This document shows, in pieces, positions 1-10,770 of a DNA stretch of 64,000 nucleotides. The DNA is from Gammaproteobacteria bacterium (lineage in GTDB: Bacteria; Pseudomonadota; Gammaproteobacteria; Ga0077554; Ga007554), in contig JAHFRW010000001.1 of the NCBI GenBank assembly GCA_023266055.1, positions 25,153 through 89,152 on the forward strand, given 5' to 3'. The notes beneath the pieces are model-generated. The model was given only the letters and a program-made list of their open reading frames with translations. It ran no database searches and was not told the DNA's origin. A program made the translations under genes and the position numbers. Numbering within the stretch: position 1 is the first letter of the stretch; each line of letters opens with the position of its first letter.

Positions 1-430
1 CTTTTCTAAAGAAGTTGCCGAGGCCATTTTTTGAAGTGACGCCCCGGTTTTCTTCCCAGCTGGTGTCGACGATATCCAGCCGTGGATCTGTTTCCAGAAC
101 GTCAAAGCCATTATCTTTCCAGAAGTCACGCAGGCGTTGTGCCAGCGGTGGCGCTTCACTTGTGATGACCAGCCAACGCAGGCTGCCATCGCGTTCCACA
201 CGAATTTCAATGTCACTGTTGACCTTGGTGACGCGAGTGTCCAGAAGGGCGGGGACACGGGTGTTTTCGTCAATGGCTGGCGTGATGAGATCCGGCGGTA
301 TTTCGAGAGACGGTAGCGACCGGCTTTTTTTGTATTCGATTTCACTTTGTGGGACGTTGCTGCATGCAAACAGCGCAGCGGTGCAGAATAGCACGGTGCC
401 CGTTTTAAACAAGCGATTGAGATGAAGCAT
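1..430 (-). CDS. bamC: Outer membrane protein assembly lipoprotein BamC (NlpB), N-terminal part; the gene runs off the left edge
   Basis: Not in the ORF track because there is no stop in the window. My reverse-strand translation from ATG 430 gives MLHLNRLFKTGTVLFCTAALFAC-SNVPQSEIEYKKSRSLPSLEIPPDLITPAIDENTRVPALL. This has a lipobox (LFAC) and the LE[IV]PPDL motif typical of BamC. It lies immediately downstream of dapA, as in many Proteobacteria. Confidence 0.8.
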   Translation of the reverse strand, partial: MLHLNRLFKTGTVLFCTAALFACSNVPQSEIEYKKSRSLPSLEIPPDLITPAIDENTRVPALLDTRVTKVNSDIEIRVERDGSLRWLVITSEAPPLAQRLRDFWKDNGFDVLETDPRLDIVDTSWEENRGVTSKNGLGNFFRK

Positions 431-509
431 AATGAATACCCTTATATGTGTGGTGAGTAGCGCAGGTGTTATCTGCAAAACGGTTATGGGCACGAAACCG
501 TTTTGCGGG

Positions 510-1397
510 TTATAGCACGCCGGCTTCGCGTAAGGCCTGTCTGATGGTGTCATGATATTGTGTTGATAACACCGTGAGCGGTAAGCGAATACCGCGCGGG
601 ATCAGCCCCATTTCATGTAACGCCCATTTAACAGGAATAGGGTTAGACTCTATAAAGAGATTTTTGTGCAATGTCATCAGGCGGTGGTTGATGTCCTCGG
701 CGTGCGCCCTGTCGCCGCGCAGAGCTGCGGCACACATTTCATGCATCGCGTTGGGGGCGACATTGGCGGTGACCGAGATGTTGCCTTTGGCGCCCAGCAA
801 TATCAACTCCATGGCGGTGGCATCATCACCGGAATACACATCAATTTTGTTGCCGCAGCGCTCCAGAATTTCCCGGCCACGCGCGAGGTTGCCGGTGGCT
901 TCCTTGATACCAATGATGTTGGATACGCCGGAAAGGCGTTCCACCGTGTCGGGTAGCATGTCGCAGGCGGTGCGGCCCGGTACATTGTAGAGTATTTGGG
1001 GTATGGGTACGGCCTCGGCCACGGCTTTGTAATGCAGGTACAGCCCTTCCTGTGTGGGTTTGTTGTAATAGGGGGTGACCAGCAGGCAGGCATCTGCACC
1101 GGCCTGCATGGCGGCGCGGGTCAGTTCAATGGCTTCAGCGGTGGAATTGGCGCCTGTGCCGGCAATGACCGGAATACGGCCGCGTACCTGGCTGATAACT
1201 TCGCGCAGCACGCTGCAATGTTCCTTTATATCGAGTGTTGCCGACTCACCCGTGGTGCCCATTGCAACAATCGCATCGGTGCCATTTTCTATATGAAATT
1301 CAACAAGCTTGGCTAGACTTTCATAGTCCAGCACGGCATTCCCGTGCGTCGCTTCGTGCATGGGGGTAACCAGGGCGACCATACTACCATGAAACAT
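510..1397 (-). CDS. dapA: 4-hydroxy-tetrahydrodipicolinate synthase
   Basis: MFHGSMVALVTPM...GTTGESATL...YNKPTQEGLYLHYKAVAE is a typical DapA sequence. The track ORF starts at 1418, but the ATG at 1397 gives the canonical N-terminus. Confidence 0.95.
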   Translation of the reverse strand: MFHGSMVALVTPMHEATHGNAVLDYESLAKLVEFHIENGTDAIVAMGTTGESATLDIKEHCSVLREVISQVRGRIPVIAGTGANSTAEAIELTRAAMQAGADACLLVTPYYNKPTQEGLYLHYKAVAEAVPIPQILYNVPGRTACDMLPDTVERLSGVSNIIGIKEATGNLARGREILERCGNKIDVYSGDDATAMELILLGAKGNISVTANVAPNAMHEMCAAALRGDRAHAEDINHRLMTLHKNLFIESNPIPVKWALHEMGLIPRGIRLPLTVLSTQYHDTIRQALREAGVL

Positions 1398-1493
1398 CTT
1401 TAAATCCCCGTACCACAAAAAGCTTCATATTACTTGGGCGGCGACACGATGACAAGGACGGGTTGTGTATTGTGGGTGGTCGAAGTGTCGGGA

Positions 1494-2186
1494 CTAGCTG
1501 CTTTTTTTCCATGCAACCTCGTCACGCAGGTACACCGGTAAGGCGTGTTCCGCGCTCACGGCAAGGCCGCGCTGAAACGCATCTGCCCCGAGCTGGGCAA
1601 TGTGCCGCGCCTGCGGGTAGCGGTGTCCGTCCCATGAGGACACCTTATTGCCCAGACGTGCCTGAAGCGGTTGAGCATAAGTGAGCCAGCCACTGCCCGC
1701 GCCCACCCAGTGATGATTTAAACCAGCATTGGGGAGCGGTACTTGCTGGGGGAGGCAGACGATTTCCTGCTCTATCTGCACTACCAGGCCGTTTTCAGGG
1801 GAGTGATAGACTCCCCAATACACTTCGCCCATACGGGCATCTATCGCGGCCAGTATGTGTGTAGCATTCATATCGGTGTGGGCGCCCTGCGCGAGTGCGG
1901 CAAGCGATGATACCGGTACGACGGGCAAGTCCGCACCAAACGCCAACCCCTGGATAACGCCATTGGCAATGCGTACGCCGGTGAAACCACCGGGGCCGCG
2001 TCCAAACGCCAGGGTGTCCATCTGCGCCAATGTCAGCCCGGCATCGGCTAGTAACGACTCGATCATGGGCAGGATGAGCTGGCCATGTTCACGCGGGGCG
2101 ATTTGATAGTGCTGGTGTACTTCACCCTCCAGCCACAGGGCGGCAGAGCAAGCCTCGGTTGAAGTGTCGATGGCGAGTAATTTCAA
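1494..2186 (-). CDS. tsaB: tRNA threonylcarbamoyladenosine (t6A) biosynthesis protein TsaB (YeaZ)
   Basis: MKLLAIDTSTEACSAAL...GPGGFTGVRI is the TsaB/YeaZ signature. Confidence 0.9.
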   Translation of the reverse strand: MKLLAIDTSTEACSAALWLEGEVHQHYQIAPREHGQLILPMIESLLADAGLTLAQMDTLAFGRGPGGFTGVRIANGVIQGLAFGADLPVVPVSSLAALAQGAHTDMNATHILAAIDARMGEVYWGVYHSPENGLVVQIEQEIVCLPQQVPLPNAGLNHHWVGAGSGWLTYAQPLQARLGNKVSSWDGHRYPQARHIAQLGADAFQRGLAVSAEHALPVYLRDEVAWKKSS

Positions 2187-2304
2187 TGTAAGCCCTTGGT
2201 TTAATTAAATCGGTATTATTTCTGGCTATTGTCGCATACGCAATAAAATTATGGCGATAATTTCATCACTTTGTTATAATTCACGCTTATTCGGAGGATA
2301 TTTT

Positions 2305-2544
2305 ATGTTTCAGGAAACTGTCTCAACAATGCCAATAACGGCTTTTCAGCGCTCCAAGCGCTTCTTTCATGTTGCCTCAGCCCAGCACAATCTGGGGGGG
2401 TGGTATTTTTATACCCGTGAAGGCGTGGATTATGGCCCTTATCTTGCCGTGGCAGATGCGCAACAGCGTTGTATGACCTATGTGCAGCAGTGTATTGCCA
2501 ATAATTTGACGGGTCGACGTGTGCAACAGCAAAAGACAGGCTAA
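2305..2544 (+). CDS. Small conserved hypothetical protein (79 aa)
   Basis: A GGAGGA Shine-Dalgarno lies 8 nt upstream of ATG 2305 (MFQETVSTMP...). The motif RSKRFFHV...GGWYFYTREGVDYGPY resembles small proteobacterial DUF proteins. I cannot assign a function. Confidence 0.5.
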   Translation: MFQETVSTMPITAFQRSKRFFHVASAQHNLGGWYFYTREGVDYGPYLAVADAQQRCMTYVQQCIANNLTGRRVQQQKTG

Positions 2545-2610
2545 CGATTGCGTTCGTTTGTAGTAAAATAGGTTTTGTCTTAAAACCGTTGCGGTACGCT
2601 CAAAGGCCTC

Positions 2611-3453
2611 GTGAATTACCGTCATAGTTACCATGCTGGCAATTTTGCCGATGTATTCAAGCATACGCAGCTGGTATTGTTGCTGCAATGTTTGTACGGC
2701 AAAGAATCACCATTTTGTTATCTCGATACTCATGCCGGAGCAGGTCGTTATGATCTGCACGGCACATCCGCACAAAAAACCGGGGAATATCTTCAGGGCG
2801 TGATGCGTTTGCGCGCGCGCGATGACGTACCCGCCGTTCTGGCTGACTATCTTGATGCAGTGTATGCCCTCAATCCTGGGGCTGATGATCTGCGTTATTA
2901 TCCTGGATCACCGTGTATTGCCCATCACTTGCTGCGTCCGCAAGACCGCATGGTGTTGATGGAGATGCATCCGGACGATGCTGTATTGCTGAAGCGTGAG
3001 TTTCGTGGTGATAAGCGTGTGCACGTGCATCATACCGATGGATACCAGGGTCTCAAGGCCTTTGTGCCGCCCATTGAAAAGCGTGGACTGGTACTGATAG
3101 ACCCTCCTTTTGAAGGTGGTAATGAATTTGAATGCCTCGTGGAAAATTTGCACATCGCTTATCAGCGTTGGCGTACCGGCATTTTTGCGGTGTGGTATCC
3201 GCTAAAGGATGATATTCGTGTGCAGCATTTTCATCGGCAACTGATGGCCAGTGGCATGCGCAAGCTGTTGCGGGTTGAGTTATGCCTGCACGCCCGGCCA
3301 CCTGTCAATACGTTATATGGTTGCGGTATGATCATTATTAATCCCCCCTGGCAATATGATCAGAAACTGCAAGCATTGCTGCCGCAATTGCTGGCCAGTT
3401 TGCAGCCTGATGGAGAGGGCAGCACGCGGGTGGAATGGCTGGTGCCTGAATAG
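2611..3453 (+). CDS. rlmJ: 23S rRNA (adenine2030-N6)-methyltransferase RlmJ
   Basis: GTG start. The N-terminus NYRHSYHAGNFADVFKH and the motif LIDPPFE match RlmJ (YhiR). Confidence 0.9.
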   Translation: MNYRHSYHAGNFADVFKHTQLVLLLQCLYGKESPFCYLDTHAGAGRYDLHGTSAQKTGEYLQGVMRLRARDDVPAVLADYLDAVYALNPGADDLRYYPGSPCIAHHLLRPQDRMVLMEMHPDDAVLLKREFRGDKRVHVHHTDGYQGLKAFVPPIEKRGLVLIDPPFEGGNEFECLVENLHIAYQRWRTGIFAVWYPLKDDIRVQHFHRQLMASGMRKLLRVELCLHARPPVNTLYGCGMIIINPPWQYDQKLQALLPQLLASLQPDGEGSTRVEWLVPE

Positions 3454-3595
3454 TCGGGCAGGGCAGTGTGCGGGGCCGTTCTGGCAGGAAAATCCTTCCT
3501 CTGGCTGATAATTCAGTCATCAGTGGTATAATGTCCTTATCTATTCGCATAAGCCCGGACACACCCGCCTGGGCAAATACCGGCCTGAATCAGTT

Positions 3596-4198
3596 ATGAA
3601 CAAGCATATGCCGTTATGGCGTTATCAACGGCAGATACCGCAGGGTGTGATTCCCTCGCCCATGCTGCCATGGTTATTTGAGGTGGATTCACTGACGCAG
3701 CGTTTGCGACAGATGTGCAATGGGCGCTTTCAGGTGCAGGTCGTACGTCAGGCACGAATGCGACCGCTGGCGGATGAACGCGATGCGTTGGATATGCGTA
3801 ACCATGAATACGCATTGGTGCGCATGGTGTACCTGCGGTGCGATGAGCAGCCGTGGGTGTTTGCGCGTACCGTGATTCCGTTGCGTACCTTGAGCGGTGC
3901 GCAACGCCGTTTGGGATGTTTGGGTACCCGGCCATTGGGTGAAGTGCTGTTTACCGATCATTCCATGCGTCGCAGTGCGGTGGAGGTGGCGCGACTGGTG
4001 CCGGGGAGTATGCTGTTTGAGCTTGCAACTGCAAGGGCAACGGCAAGCGCGGTGACGAGTCCGATGCAACAATCGCAGGACATCTGGGGCAGGCGCTCAG
4101 TGTTTTACCTGCAAGGCAAGCCGTTATTGGTGAGCGAGTTTTTTTTGCCGGCGCTGAACCCGGATGTTTCATCAATGGATACGCATCTGCATAAATGA
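3596..4198 (+). CDS. ubiC: Chorismate--pyruvate lyase
   Basis: The size fits, it lies directly upstream of and overlapping ubiA (ATGA overlap at 4195-4198), and it carries the motif WVFARTVIP...[10 protein letters not shown]. Confidence 0.75.
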   Translation: MNKHMPLWRYQRQIPQGVIPSPMLPWLFEVDSLTQRLRQMCNGRFQVQVVRQARMRPLADERDALDMRNHEYALVRMVYLRCDEQPWVFARTVIPLRTLSGAQRRLGCLGTRPLGEVLFTDHSMRRSAVEVARLVPGSMLFELATARATASAVTSPMQQSQDIWGRRSVFYLQGKPLLVSEFFLPALNPDVSSMDTHLHK

Positions 4199-5070
4199 AT
4201 ATTGATACGAAAGAACGGCTCCATCAATATTTTTTGTTGACGCGTCTGAATCGACCCATCGGTATTTTGCTGTTGCTGTGGCCAACCCTGTGGGCACTAT
4301 GGATTGCCGGGGAGGGTGCTCCCAATCTGCAAGTCGTGGTCGTGTTTGTGCTGGGTGTGGTGTTGATGCGTTCGGCAGGGTGCGTGATTAATGATTATGC
4401 TGATCGTGATGTTGATCCGCATGTCGTTCGTACCCGCGAACGTCCCATGGCGGCAGGGCGAGTGTCATCCAAAGAGGCGCTGGTATTATTTGCGGTACTC
4501 TGTCTGGTGGCGTTTGGCCTGGTGCTGTTCATGAACACATTAACCATCATGCTGTCTGTCGCCGGGGTGGTGCTTGCGATTATCTATCCGTTCATGAAGC
4601 GTTACACGCATCTGCCACAGGTGTTTCTGGGTATGGCGTTTGGCTGGGCGGTGCCCATGGTGTTTGCCGCACAGACAGGCACCGTGCCTCAGATAGCGTG
4701 GTTACTGTTTGTGGCAACGGTGTTATGGGCTACGGTGTACGACACCATGTACGCCATGGTTGATAGACCGGATGATATCCGTATTGGCGTCAAGTCCACG
4801 GCGATTTTATTTGGTGAGGCTGATCGGTTGTTGATTGGCATCATACAACTGTTGTTTCTGGTAGCAATGCTGCTGGTAGGCCGGCAACTGGAGATGAGCC
4901 TGTATTATTATGGTGGACTGGCGGTGGCGGCGGGTTTTGGGATTTATCAGCAGTATCTGATCCGAAATCGTGAGGCAGCGGCCTGTTTCAGGGCATTCCT
5001 CAACAATAGCGGGTTTGGTGCGGTTATCTTTTGTGGCATAGTACTGCATTATGCATATTCTGAAGTATAA
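4195..5070 (+). CDS. ubiA: 4-hydroxybenzoate octaprenyltransferase
   Basis: [19 protein letters not shown] is the UbiA prenyltransferase motif, and the protein is polytopic and hydrophobic. Confidence 0.95.
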   Translation: MNIDTKERLHQYFLLTRLNRPIGILLLLWPTLWALWIAGEGAPNLQVVVVFVLGVVLMRSAGCVINDYADRDVDPHVVRTRERPMAAGRVSSKEALVLFAVLCLVAFGLVLFMNTLTIMLSVAGVVLAIIYPFMKRYTHLPQVFLGMAFGWAVPMVFAAQTGTVPQIAWLLFVATVLWATVYDTMYAMVDRPDDIRIGVKSTAILFGEADRLLIGIIQLLFLVAMLLVGRQLEMSLYYYGGLAVAAGFGIYQQYLIRNREAAACFRAFLNNSGFGAVIFCGIVLHYAYSEV

Positions 5071-6123
5071 ATGACTGGTGAGATGCACATGATGCAAAAA
5101 TCTTCGGTGGTGTCTCGGACAAACAGTGATAGCGTCGTGCCTGTGCATCTCTGCACGGCGAGCAAGCTTCAGCAGCTTGGTTTGGCGGTCATTGAGACCG
5201 AGGCCAAAGCCGTGGCTGCTCTGGCAGCGCGCATTGATGATAACTTTGTACAGGCCTGCCAATTCATGCTGGCCTGTGAGGGGCGCATTGTAGTGCTGGG
5301 CATGGGTAAGTCTGGCCACATCGGCGGTAAAATTGCAGCGACGTTGGCGTCTACGGGCAGTCCGGCGTTTTTTGTGCACCCGGGTGAGGCCAGTCATGGT
5401 GATCTGGGTATGATTACCGAAAAGGACGTGGTGCTGGCGTTGTCCAATTCCGGTGAGACCGATGAAATTCTCACGATTCTGCCGCTGATCAAACGCCTTG
5501 GCGTGCCGCTGATTGCGCTGACCGGCAATCCGGTCTCCACGCTGGCGCGTGCCGCCAATGTGCATGTTGATGTCAGCGTGACACAGGAAGCCTGTCCGTT
5601 GGGATTGGCGCCCACCTCAAGTACTACCGCGACCCTGGCGATGGGTGATGCTCTGGCGGTGGCCATGCTCGAAGCGCGTGGCTTCACTGCTGAGGATTTT
5701 GCACGCTCTCACCCCGGTGGGCGTCTGGGGCGGCGTTTGCTGCTATTGATCAGGGATATCATGCACACCGGCACTACGATTCCCAAAGTGCAGGAAAATG
5801 CCTTGCTGAAGGAAGCGCTGGTGGAGATGTCACGCAAGGGTCTGGGAATGACGGCTGTGGTAGATGCTCAACAGGCATTGCTGGGTGTTTTTACCGATGG
5901 TGATCTGCGCCGTCATCTGGACCAGGAAGTTGATGTGCACACCACTTCCATCGCGCATTTGATGACACGTAATTGCAAAACTGTGCATCCGGATAAACTG
6001 GCGGCCGAAGCCTTGCAGATTATGGAAACCCACAAAATCAGTGCGTTGCTGGTAGTAGATGATCAGGGCACGTTGGTGGGTGCCCTGAACATGCATGATT
6101 TATTACGTGCGGGCGTAGTGTAA
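5071..6123 (+). CDS. kdsD: Arabinose-5-phosphate isomerase KdsD (SIS domain plus tandem CBS domains)
   Basis: GMGKSGHIGGKIAATLASTGSPAFFVHPGEASHGDLGMI is the SIS core, followed by C-terminal CBS repeats. The true start may be one of the ATGs at 5086-5095. Confidence 0.93.
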   Translation: MTGEMHMMQKSSVVSRTNSDSVVPVHLCTASKLQQLGLAVIETEAKAVAALAARIDDNFVQACQFMLACEGRIVVLGMGKSGHIGGKIAATLASTGSPAFFVHPGEASHGDLGMITEKDVVLALSNSGETDEILTILPLIKRLGVPLIALTGNPVSTLARAANVHVDVSVTQEACPLGLAPTSSTTATLAMGDALAVAMLEARGFTAEDFARSHPGGRLGRRLLLLIRDIMHTGTTIPKVQENALLKEALVEMSRKGLGMTAVVDAQQALLGVFTDGDLRRHLDQEVDVHTTSIAHLMTRNCKTVHPDKLAAEALQIMETHKISALLVVDDQGTLVGALNMHDLLRAGVV

Positions 6124-6626
6124 CGGTGATTTGAGAGCCTGCCGAATATTGTGCTTGATCAGGAATTTTTTCAAGATTAATCATATGTTATGAAGTTAAA
6201 CTCCTGGAAATGCTCATTGTCCATGCTCAAGTTATCTCACATATAGATTTGGCTCAAAAGAAAAAACCGAATTGCAATTTCCATCAAATTTGAGCACCAC
6301 ATCGTGGAGTAAGCTTACGCTCTCAGGCAGGAGCCGCCCCGGCGGAAAAATCAACGCAGGATTTTGTGAATATTTACTATATTTTCCAAATTTCTAAGTC
6401 GCATACACAGTATATCAAGGATGGAGTGATGAAGATGGCACCTACTTAGGCGTCCGCCAACGAGAACGAGGCGAAAGCGAGCGGCGGTGGGCGCCGAACG
6501 CATATTTGTTACCGATCGCCGTCATTTTCCATGCTGCTTGAGTTCAGTTTGCAGTTTGACGTAAGCACATTAATGCGTGAACTATTTGGGGATTCTATTT
6601 GTTATTCAAAAATTTTAGGAAAATTC

Positions 6627-7163
6627 ATGCAAGACATACTCGCAAAAGCAGCGCACATAAAATTGGTGATTTTTGATGTTGATGGTGTGCTCACCGACGG
6701 TAGTTTGTATTATGACGCTACTGGCAGTGAGCTGAAGGTGTTTCATTCCCGTGATGGTCATGGCATGAAAATGCTGCAAAACACGGGGGTGGAGGTCGCT
6801 GTTATCACGGCGAGAACATCGGAAGCGGTCACCCGACGTATGGCAGGACTGGGTGTCAAGCATGTGTATCAAGGTCAGCAGGATAAATTGGTTGCCTTTA
6901 AAGGTCTATTGGCCACGCTTGATCTTGCGGCCAGCCAGGTTGCCTATGTCGGTGACGATGTCATTGATTTACCGGTGATGCTGCGTGTGGGGCTGGCGAT
7001 CGCGGTACAGGATGCCCATGCATTGGTTAAGCATCACAGTCATTGGCAAACCCCCTGTCCTGGCGGACGTGGTGCGGCACGCGATGTGTGCGAGTTGGTA
7101 ATGGAGGCGCAGCATACGCTTGAGCCGCAGTTGCGGGGTTATCTTGCGCTTGAGCCCCTCTGA
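6627..7163 (+). CDS. kdsC: 3-deoxy-D-manno-octulosonate 8-phosphate phosphatase KdsC
   Basis: MQDILAKAAHIKLVIFDVDGVLTDG is the HAD motif I. The track ORF begins at 6531, but that N-terminal extension has no KdsC-like sequence. Confidence 0.9.
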   Translation: MQDILAKAAHIKLVIFDVDGVLTDGSLYYDATGSELKVFHSRDGHGMKMLQNTGVEVAVITARTSEAVTRRMAGLGVKHVYQGQQDKLVAFKGLLATLDLAASQVAYVGDDVIDLPVMLRVGLAIAVQDAHALVKHHSHWQTPCPGGRGAARDVCELVMEAQHTLEPQLRGYLALEPL

Positions 7164-7178
7164 TATCATGGTCTTGAT

Positions 7179-7769
7179 ATGATAAGGGAGATAAGGAATC
7201 ATTGGCGTCTGGGGAGTGCCTTGCTGGTGTTGACCGCCATTGCCGTCTTCAGTGGTTGGTTGCTGCAAACGGCTGAACGTGTCAGCACGGCACTTCCTGG
7301 CAAAGAGCGTCATGATGCTGATTTTTATTTAAAGGACTTTACGCTTACCACCATGGACAAGGCGGGTGCGCTGCGTAACCGCCTAACCTCTCCTTACATG
7401 GTACATTATGCCGATGACGACACGTCTGAAGTGGACGAGCCGCGCATGCAGATATTTAACAAGGGGGCACCTCCGTGGCATATTGATGCAGGCAGGGGCA
7501 TAATACTATCTGAAGGAAAAACCGTATTTTTACGTGATGGTGTGATCATTCATCAGATTGATGAGCAACAGAAGCGTTATACCACGCTCCGCACAGCGGA
7601 TTTAACCGTTAAGCCGGATGATGAGTACGCTGAAACTGCCAGTCCAGTGAATTTTACGGATAGCGCGGGTAATGTCGTTGATGCTGTGGGTATGCGTGCC
7701 AATCTCAGGGATGAGCACCTGGAATTACTTTCTCAAGTGCGTGGAACCTATGCTGCAACAAAAAATTAA
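7179..7769 (+). CDS. lptC: LPS export protein LptC
   Basis: It has a single N-terminal TM helix (LGSALLVLTAIAVFSGWLL) and sits between kdsC and lptA. Confidence 0.8.
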   Translation: MIREIRNHWRLGSALLVLTAIAVFSGWLLQTAERVSTALPGKERHDADFYLKDFTLTTMDKAGALRNRLTSPYMVHYADDDTSEVDEPRMQIFNKGAPPWHIDAGRGIILSEGKTVFLRDGVIIHQIDEQQKRYTTLRTADLTVKPDDEYAETASPVNFTDSAGNVVDAVGMRANLRDEHLELLSQVRGTYAATKN

Positions 7770-8346
7770 GCGGGATATTCGTTGGTTATGGTTGTGTTCA
7801 TGCCTGTTTTTACCGGGCATCGGTGCGGCCATGACAAGTGATAAGGAGCAGCCGATTACGATTGAGGCGGATCGGGTTGATATTGACGACAAAAAAGGTG
7901 TAAGCGTCTACCAGGGGAAGGTGCGTGTGACTCAGGGGAGTATGGTAATGACGGCAGATACTGTCACTACCTATGCGGTGGGTGACAAGCAGGCAAAACA
8001 GCGGGAGATGGAAAAGATGGTTGCAGTGGGCGTGCCGGCGCACTTCCGTCAGTTGCTTGATACCAAAGAACCTAGAACCGGTAAAAATGAAGAAATGCGT
8101 GCTCGGGCGCAACGTATAGATTATTTTGCCAAAGAGGAGCGTTTGGTGCTGCAGGGAGGGGGATACATATGGAAAGAGGGCAATGAGTTTTCTGGCAACA
8201 CTATTGAATACCATCTTGTGGACGAAACGGTAAAGGCGGCGACGGGACAGGCAGGGGGAGTTGCTGCGCCAGAACGGGTGCATGCGATTATTCAGCCCCG
8301 CCGTAAAAAAAATGACGCGTCTGTACCGGAAGGCAAGACACCGTGA
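7750..8346 (+). CDS. lptA: LPS transport periplasmic protein LptA
   Basis: ATG 7750 gives a signal peptide ([17 protein letters not shown]) followed by the OstA-like [30 protein letters not shown]. Confidence 0.85.
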   Translation: MLQQKIKRDIRWLWLCSCLFLPGIGAAMTSDKEQPITIEADRVDIDDKKGVSVYQGKVRVTQGSMVMTADTVTTYAVGDKQAKQREMEKMVAVGVPAHFRQLLDTKEPRTGKNEEMRARAQRIDYFAKEERLVLQGGGYIWKEGNEFSGNTIEYHLVDETVKAATGQAGGVAAPERVHAIIQPRRKKNDASVPEGKTP

Positions 8347-8356
8347 ACGTTTTTCC

Positions 8357-9100
8357 ATGAGCATATCGGCGGGCAGCAGTGTTTTGGCGGCGCATCATAT
8401 TGCCAAGCGGTACCGCGCGCGCCATGTTGTGAATGATGTTTCTCTTGAGGTTCGCAGTGGCGAAGTAGTAGGTTTGCTGGGCCCTAATGGTGCCGGTAAA
8501 ACCACCTGCTTTTATATGATGGTGGGTCTGGTGCCCTGTGACAGTGGTGTCATTAAGGTGGATGATCAGGATATTACGGGTTATCCCATGCACGCCCGGG
8601 CACACCTGGGGCTGGGTTATCTGCCTCAGGAGGCTTCTGTTTTCCGCAAGCTGAGCGTGGCGGATAATATTCTGGCGATTTTACAAACCATACGCGGGTT
8701 AAGTCGTGATCAGCAGCACGCACAATTGGAGCAATTGCTTCAGGAGTTACATATTGGTCATATTCGTGCCAGTCTGGGCATGAGTTTGTCGGGAGGGGAG
8801 CGGCGGCGTGTGGAAATTGCGCGCGCGCTGGCGACACGACCACGTTTTATCTTGCTTGATGAGCCATTTGCGGGCGTGGATCCGTTGTCGGTGATTGATA
8901 TTCAAAACATCATTAACCACTTGTGTGCCAAAGGTATAGGGGTGTTGATTACCGATCATAATGTGCGTGAGACCCTGGGCATTTGTGGGCGGGCTTATAT
9001 TATGAATGCCGGTGCTGTTATCGCGGCGGGCTCACCAGATGATATATTGAATAATCAGGAAGTTAGAGATGTTTACCTGGGGCAGCAGTTCCAGTTGTAG
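8357..9100 (+). CDS. lptB: LPS export ABC transporter ATP-binding protein LptB
   Basis: Walker [13 protein letters not shown] signature LSGGERRR and Walker [10 protein letters not shown] are present. The start is taken at ATG 8357. Confidence 0.95.
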   Translation: MSISAGSSVLAAHHIAKRYRARHVVNDVSLEVRSGEVVGLLGPNGAGKTTCFYMMVGLVPCDSGVIKVDDQDITGYPMHARAHLGLGYLPQEASVFRKLSVADNILAILQTIRGLSRDQQHAQLEQLLQELHIGHIRASLGMSLSGGERRRVEIARALATRPRFILLDEPFAGVDPLSVIDIQNIINHLCAKGIGVLITDHNVRETLGICGRAYIMNAGAVIAAGSPDDILNNQEVRDVYLGQQFQL

Positions 9101-9186
9101 TAAATTATGGTTACACTATCACCCCACGCGAGGCCATGGCATGATATATTATTCTGAAGTTACTGACTGAGCCGCCCTTTTATAAT

Positions 9187-10770
9187 ATGAAACAGTCACT
9201 TCAGCTTCGACTTGGACATCATCTGACCATGACGCCTCAATTGCAACAGGCAATTCGCCTGTTGCAATTGTCTACTCTTGAATTGCAAACAGAGGTGCAG
9301 CAGGTTTTAGAGTCTAATCCCCTGCTGGAACTTGCCGAGGAAGGCGAGCCAGAATCCCCTGCAGCCTTCGAGCAGGAAATGGAGTCTTCGCGTCAGGCGG
9401 CTGAAGACTCACTGTATGCGGCTGAGCATTCCGAAGCGCAGGAATATATGTCCACCGAGATTACGGGCGGTATCATGGAAGGTCCATCCACTGTCACGGG
9501 AAGCGATAATGTGGATCTTTCGAATGGAGAGATGCATGAGTCTGACCTGGGCATGCAACTTTCCGAAATCCCCGATGACCTGCCTGTGGATAGTTCGTGG
9601 GACGAAATTTATGATGCCTTGCCCCAGACGTCCAGTAGCAGTGATCAGGATGGGCGCGAATACGAGGTTCGTGGAGAATCTACGGAAGCATTGTATGATC
9701 ATCTGACATGGCAGATGCGCATGACGCCTTTCAGCGAAACAGATGCGGAAATTGCCACCGCCATTATTGATTCGATTAACGACGATGGTTACCTGACAAG
9801 TACACTGGACGACATCTGGGCAGGCCTTAAACAAGAACTGGATGTGGATCTTGATGAGGTGAGATCAGTGTTGCAGCATGTACAGACCTTTGATCCTCCT
9901 GGTGTAGCGGCACGTGATTTGCGCGAATGCCTGTTAATCCAGTTGCAGCTCTATGAGCTATCGACCCCGTGGCGTGAACAGGCCTTGCAGATAGTGCGTG
10001 AGCATCTGGATTTATTGGGGAGCCATGATTATGCGCAGTTGATGCGTCGTATGAAAGTGTCCCAGCCAGAGTTGACACAAATTAATGCACTAATTCAAAA
10101 GTTGAACCCACGCCCCGGCAGCCCCTTCTCCAGTAAAACCTCGGAATATATTATTCCGGACGTTATTGTAACAAAGCTGCGCGGGGTTTGGCGGGTTGAG
10201 CTTAACGCGGATGCCATGCCGAAAGTACGCATCAATTCACAATATCTGAATTTGATCAAACGCGCCGACAATAGCACGGAAAATACTTATTTGAGAAACC
10301 ATTTGCAGGAAGCGCGCTGGTTTATCAAAAGTCTGCAAAGTCGCCATGAAACATTATTACGCGTAGCATCATCCATTGTAGAGCGCCAACGTGCCTTTCT
10401 TGATCATGGCCCGGAAGCCATGAAACCACTGGTGTTACATGACATTGCCGAGGTGGTCGGCATGCATGAATCCACGATTTCACGCGTGACTACCCAGAAA
10501 TACATGCATACACCTCAAGGTATCTTTGAGTTGAAACATTTCTTTTCAAGCCATGTTTCCACTGCAGAAGGTGGAGTGTGTTCGGCAACGGCAATACGTG
10601 CGCTAATCAAGAAATTGGTTGCCTCGGAAAATCCGCAAAAGCCACTCAGTGATAGCCAGATTGCTGATCTTCTTTCCCAGCAAGGTATCAACGTAGCCCG
10701 TCGTACGGTGGCTAAATATCGTGAAGCATTGACGATTGTCCCTTCCAGTGAACGCAAACGCCTAGCGTAA
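9187..10770 (+). CDS. rpoN: RNA polymerase sigma-54 factor
   Basis: The N-terminus [33 protein letters not shown] and the C-terminal RpoN box [10 protein letters not shown] are present. Confidence 0.97.
   Translation: MKQSLQLRLGHHLTMTPQLQQAIRLLQLSTLELQTEVQQVLESNPLLELAEEGEPESPAAFEQEMESSRQAAEDSLYAAEHSEAQEYMSTEITGGIMEGPSTVTGSDNVDLSNGEMHESDLGMQLSEIPDDLPVDSSWDEIYDALPQTSSSSDQDGREYEVRGESTEALYDHLTWQMRMTPFSETDAEIATAIIDSINDDGYLTSTLDDIWAGLKQELDVDLDEVRSVLQHVQTFDPPGVAARDLRECLLIQLQLYELSTPWREQALQIVREHLDLLGSHDYAQLMRRMKVSQPELTQINALIQKLNPRPGSPFSSKTSEYIIPDVIVTKLRGVWRVELNADAMPKVRINSQYLNLIKRADNSTENTYLRNHLQEARWFIKSLQSRHETLLRVASSIVERQRAFLDHGPEAMKPLVLHDIAEVVGMHESTISRVTTQKYMHTPQGIFELKHFFSSHVSTAEGGVCSATAIRALIKKLVASENPQKPLSDSQIADLLSQQGINVARRTVAKYREALTIVPSSERKRLA

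Noticed and set aside
15-425. 136-aa plus-strand ORF at the left edge
   Set aside because: It is antisense to a much better reverse-strand reading (BamC lipoprotein with lipobox and the LEIPPDL motif). Its composition is R/S-rich and it has no recognisable motif.
4807-5565. 252-aa minus-strand ORF overlapping ubiA and kdsD
   Set aside because: It is an Arg/His/Gln-rich antisense translation of two well-supported genes, with no motifs. This is a typical shadow ORF.
6190-6246. 18-codon ORF (MKLNSWKCSLSMLKLSHI) in the kdsD-kdsC spacer as a small or toxic peptide
   Set aside because: It has no Shine-Dalgarno, no hydrophobic helix typical of type I toxins, and no supporting context.
7810-8364. 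184-aa minus-strand ORF opposite lptA
   Set aside because: It is a shadow ORF inside a strongly supported lptA/lptB region, with low-complexity R/F/H-rich sequence.
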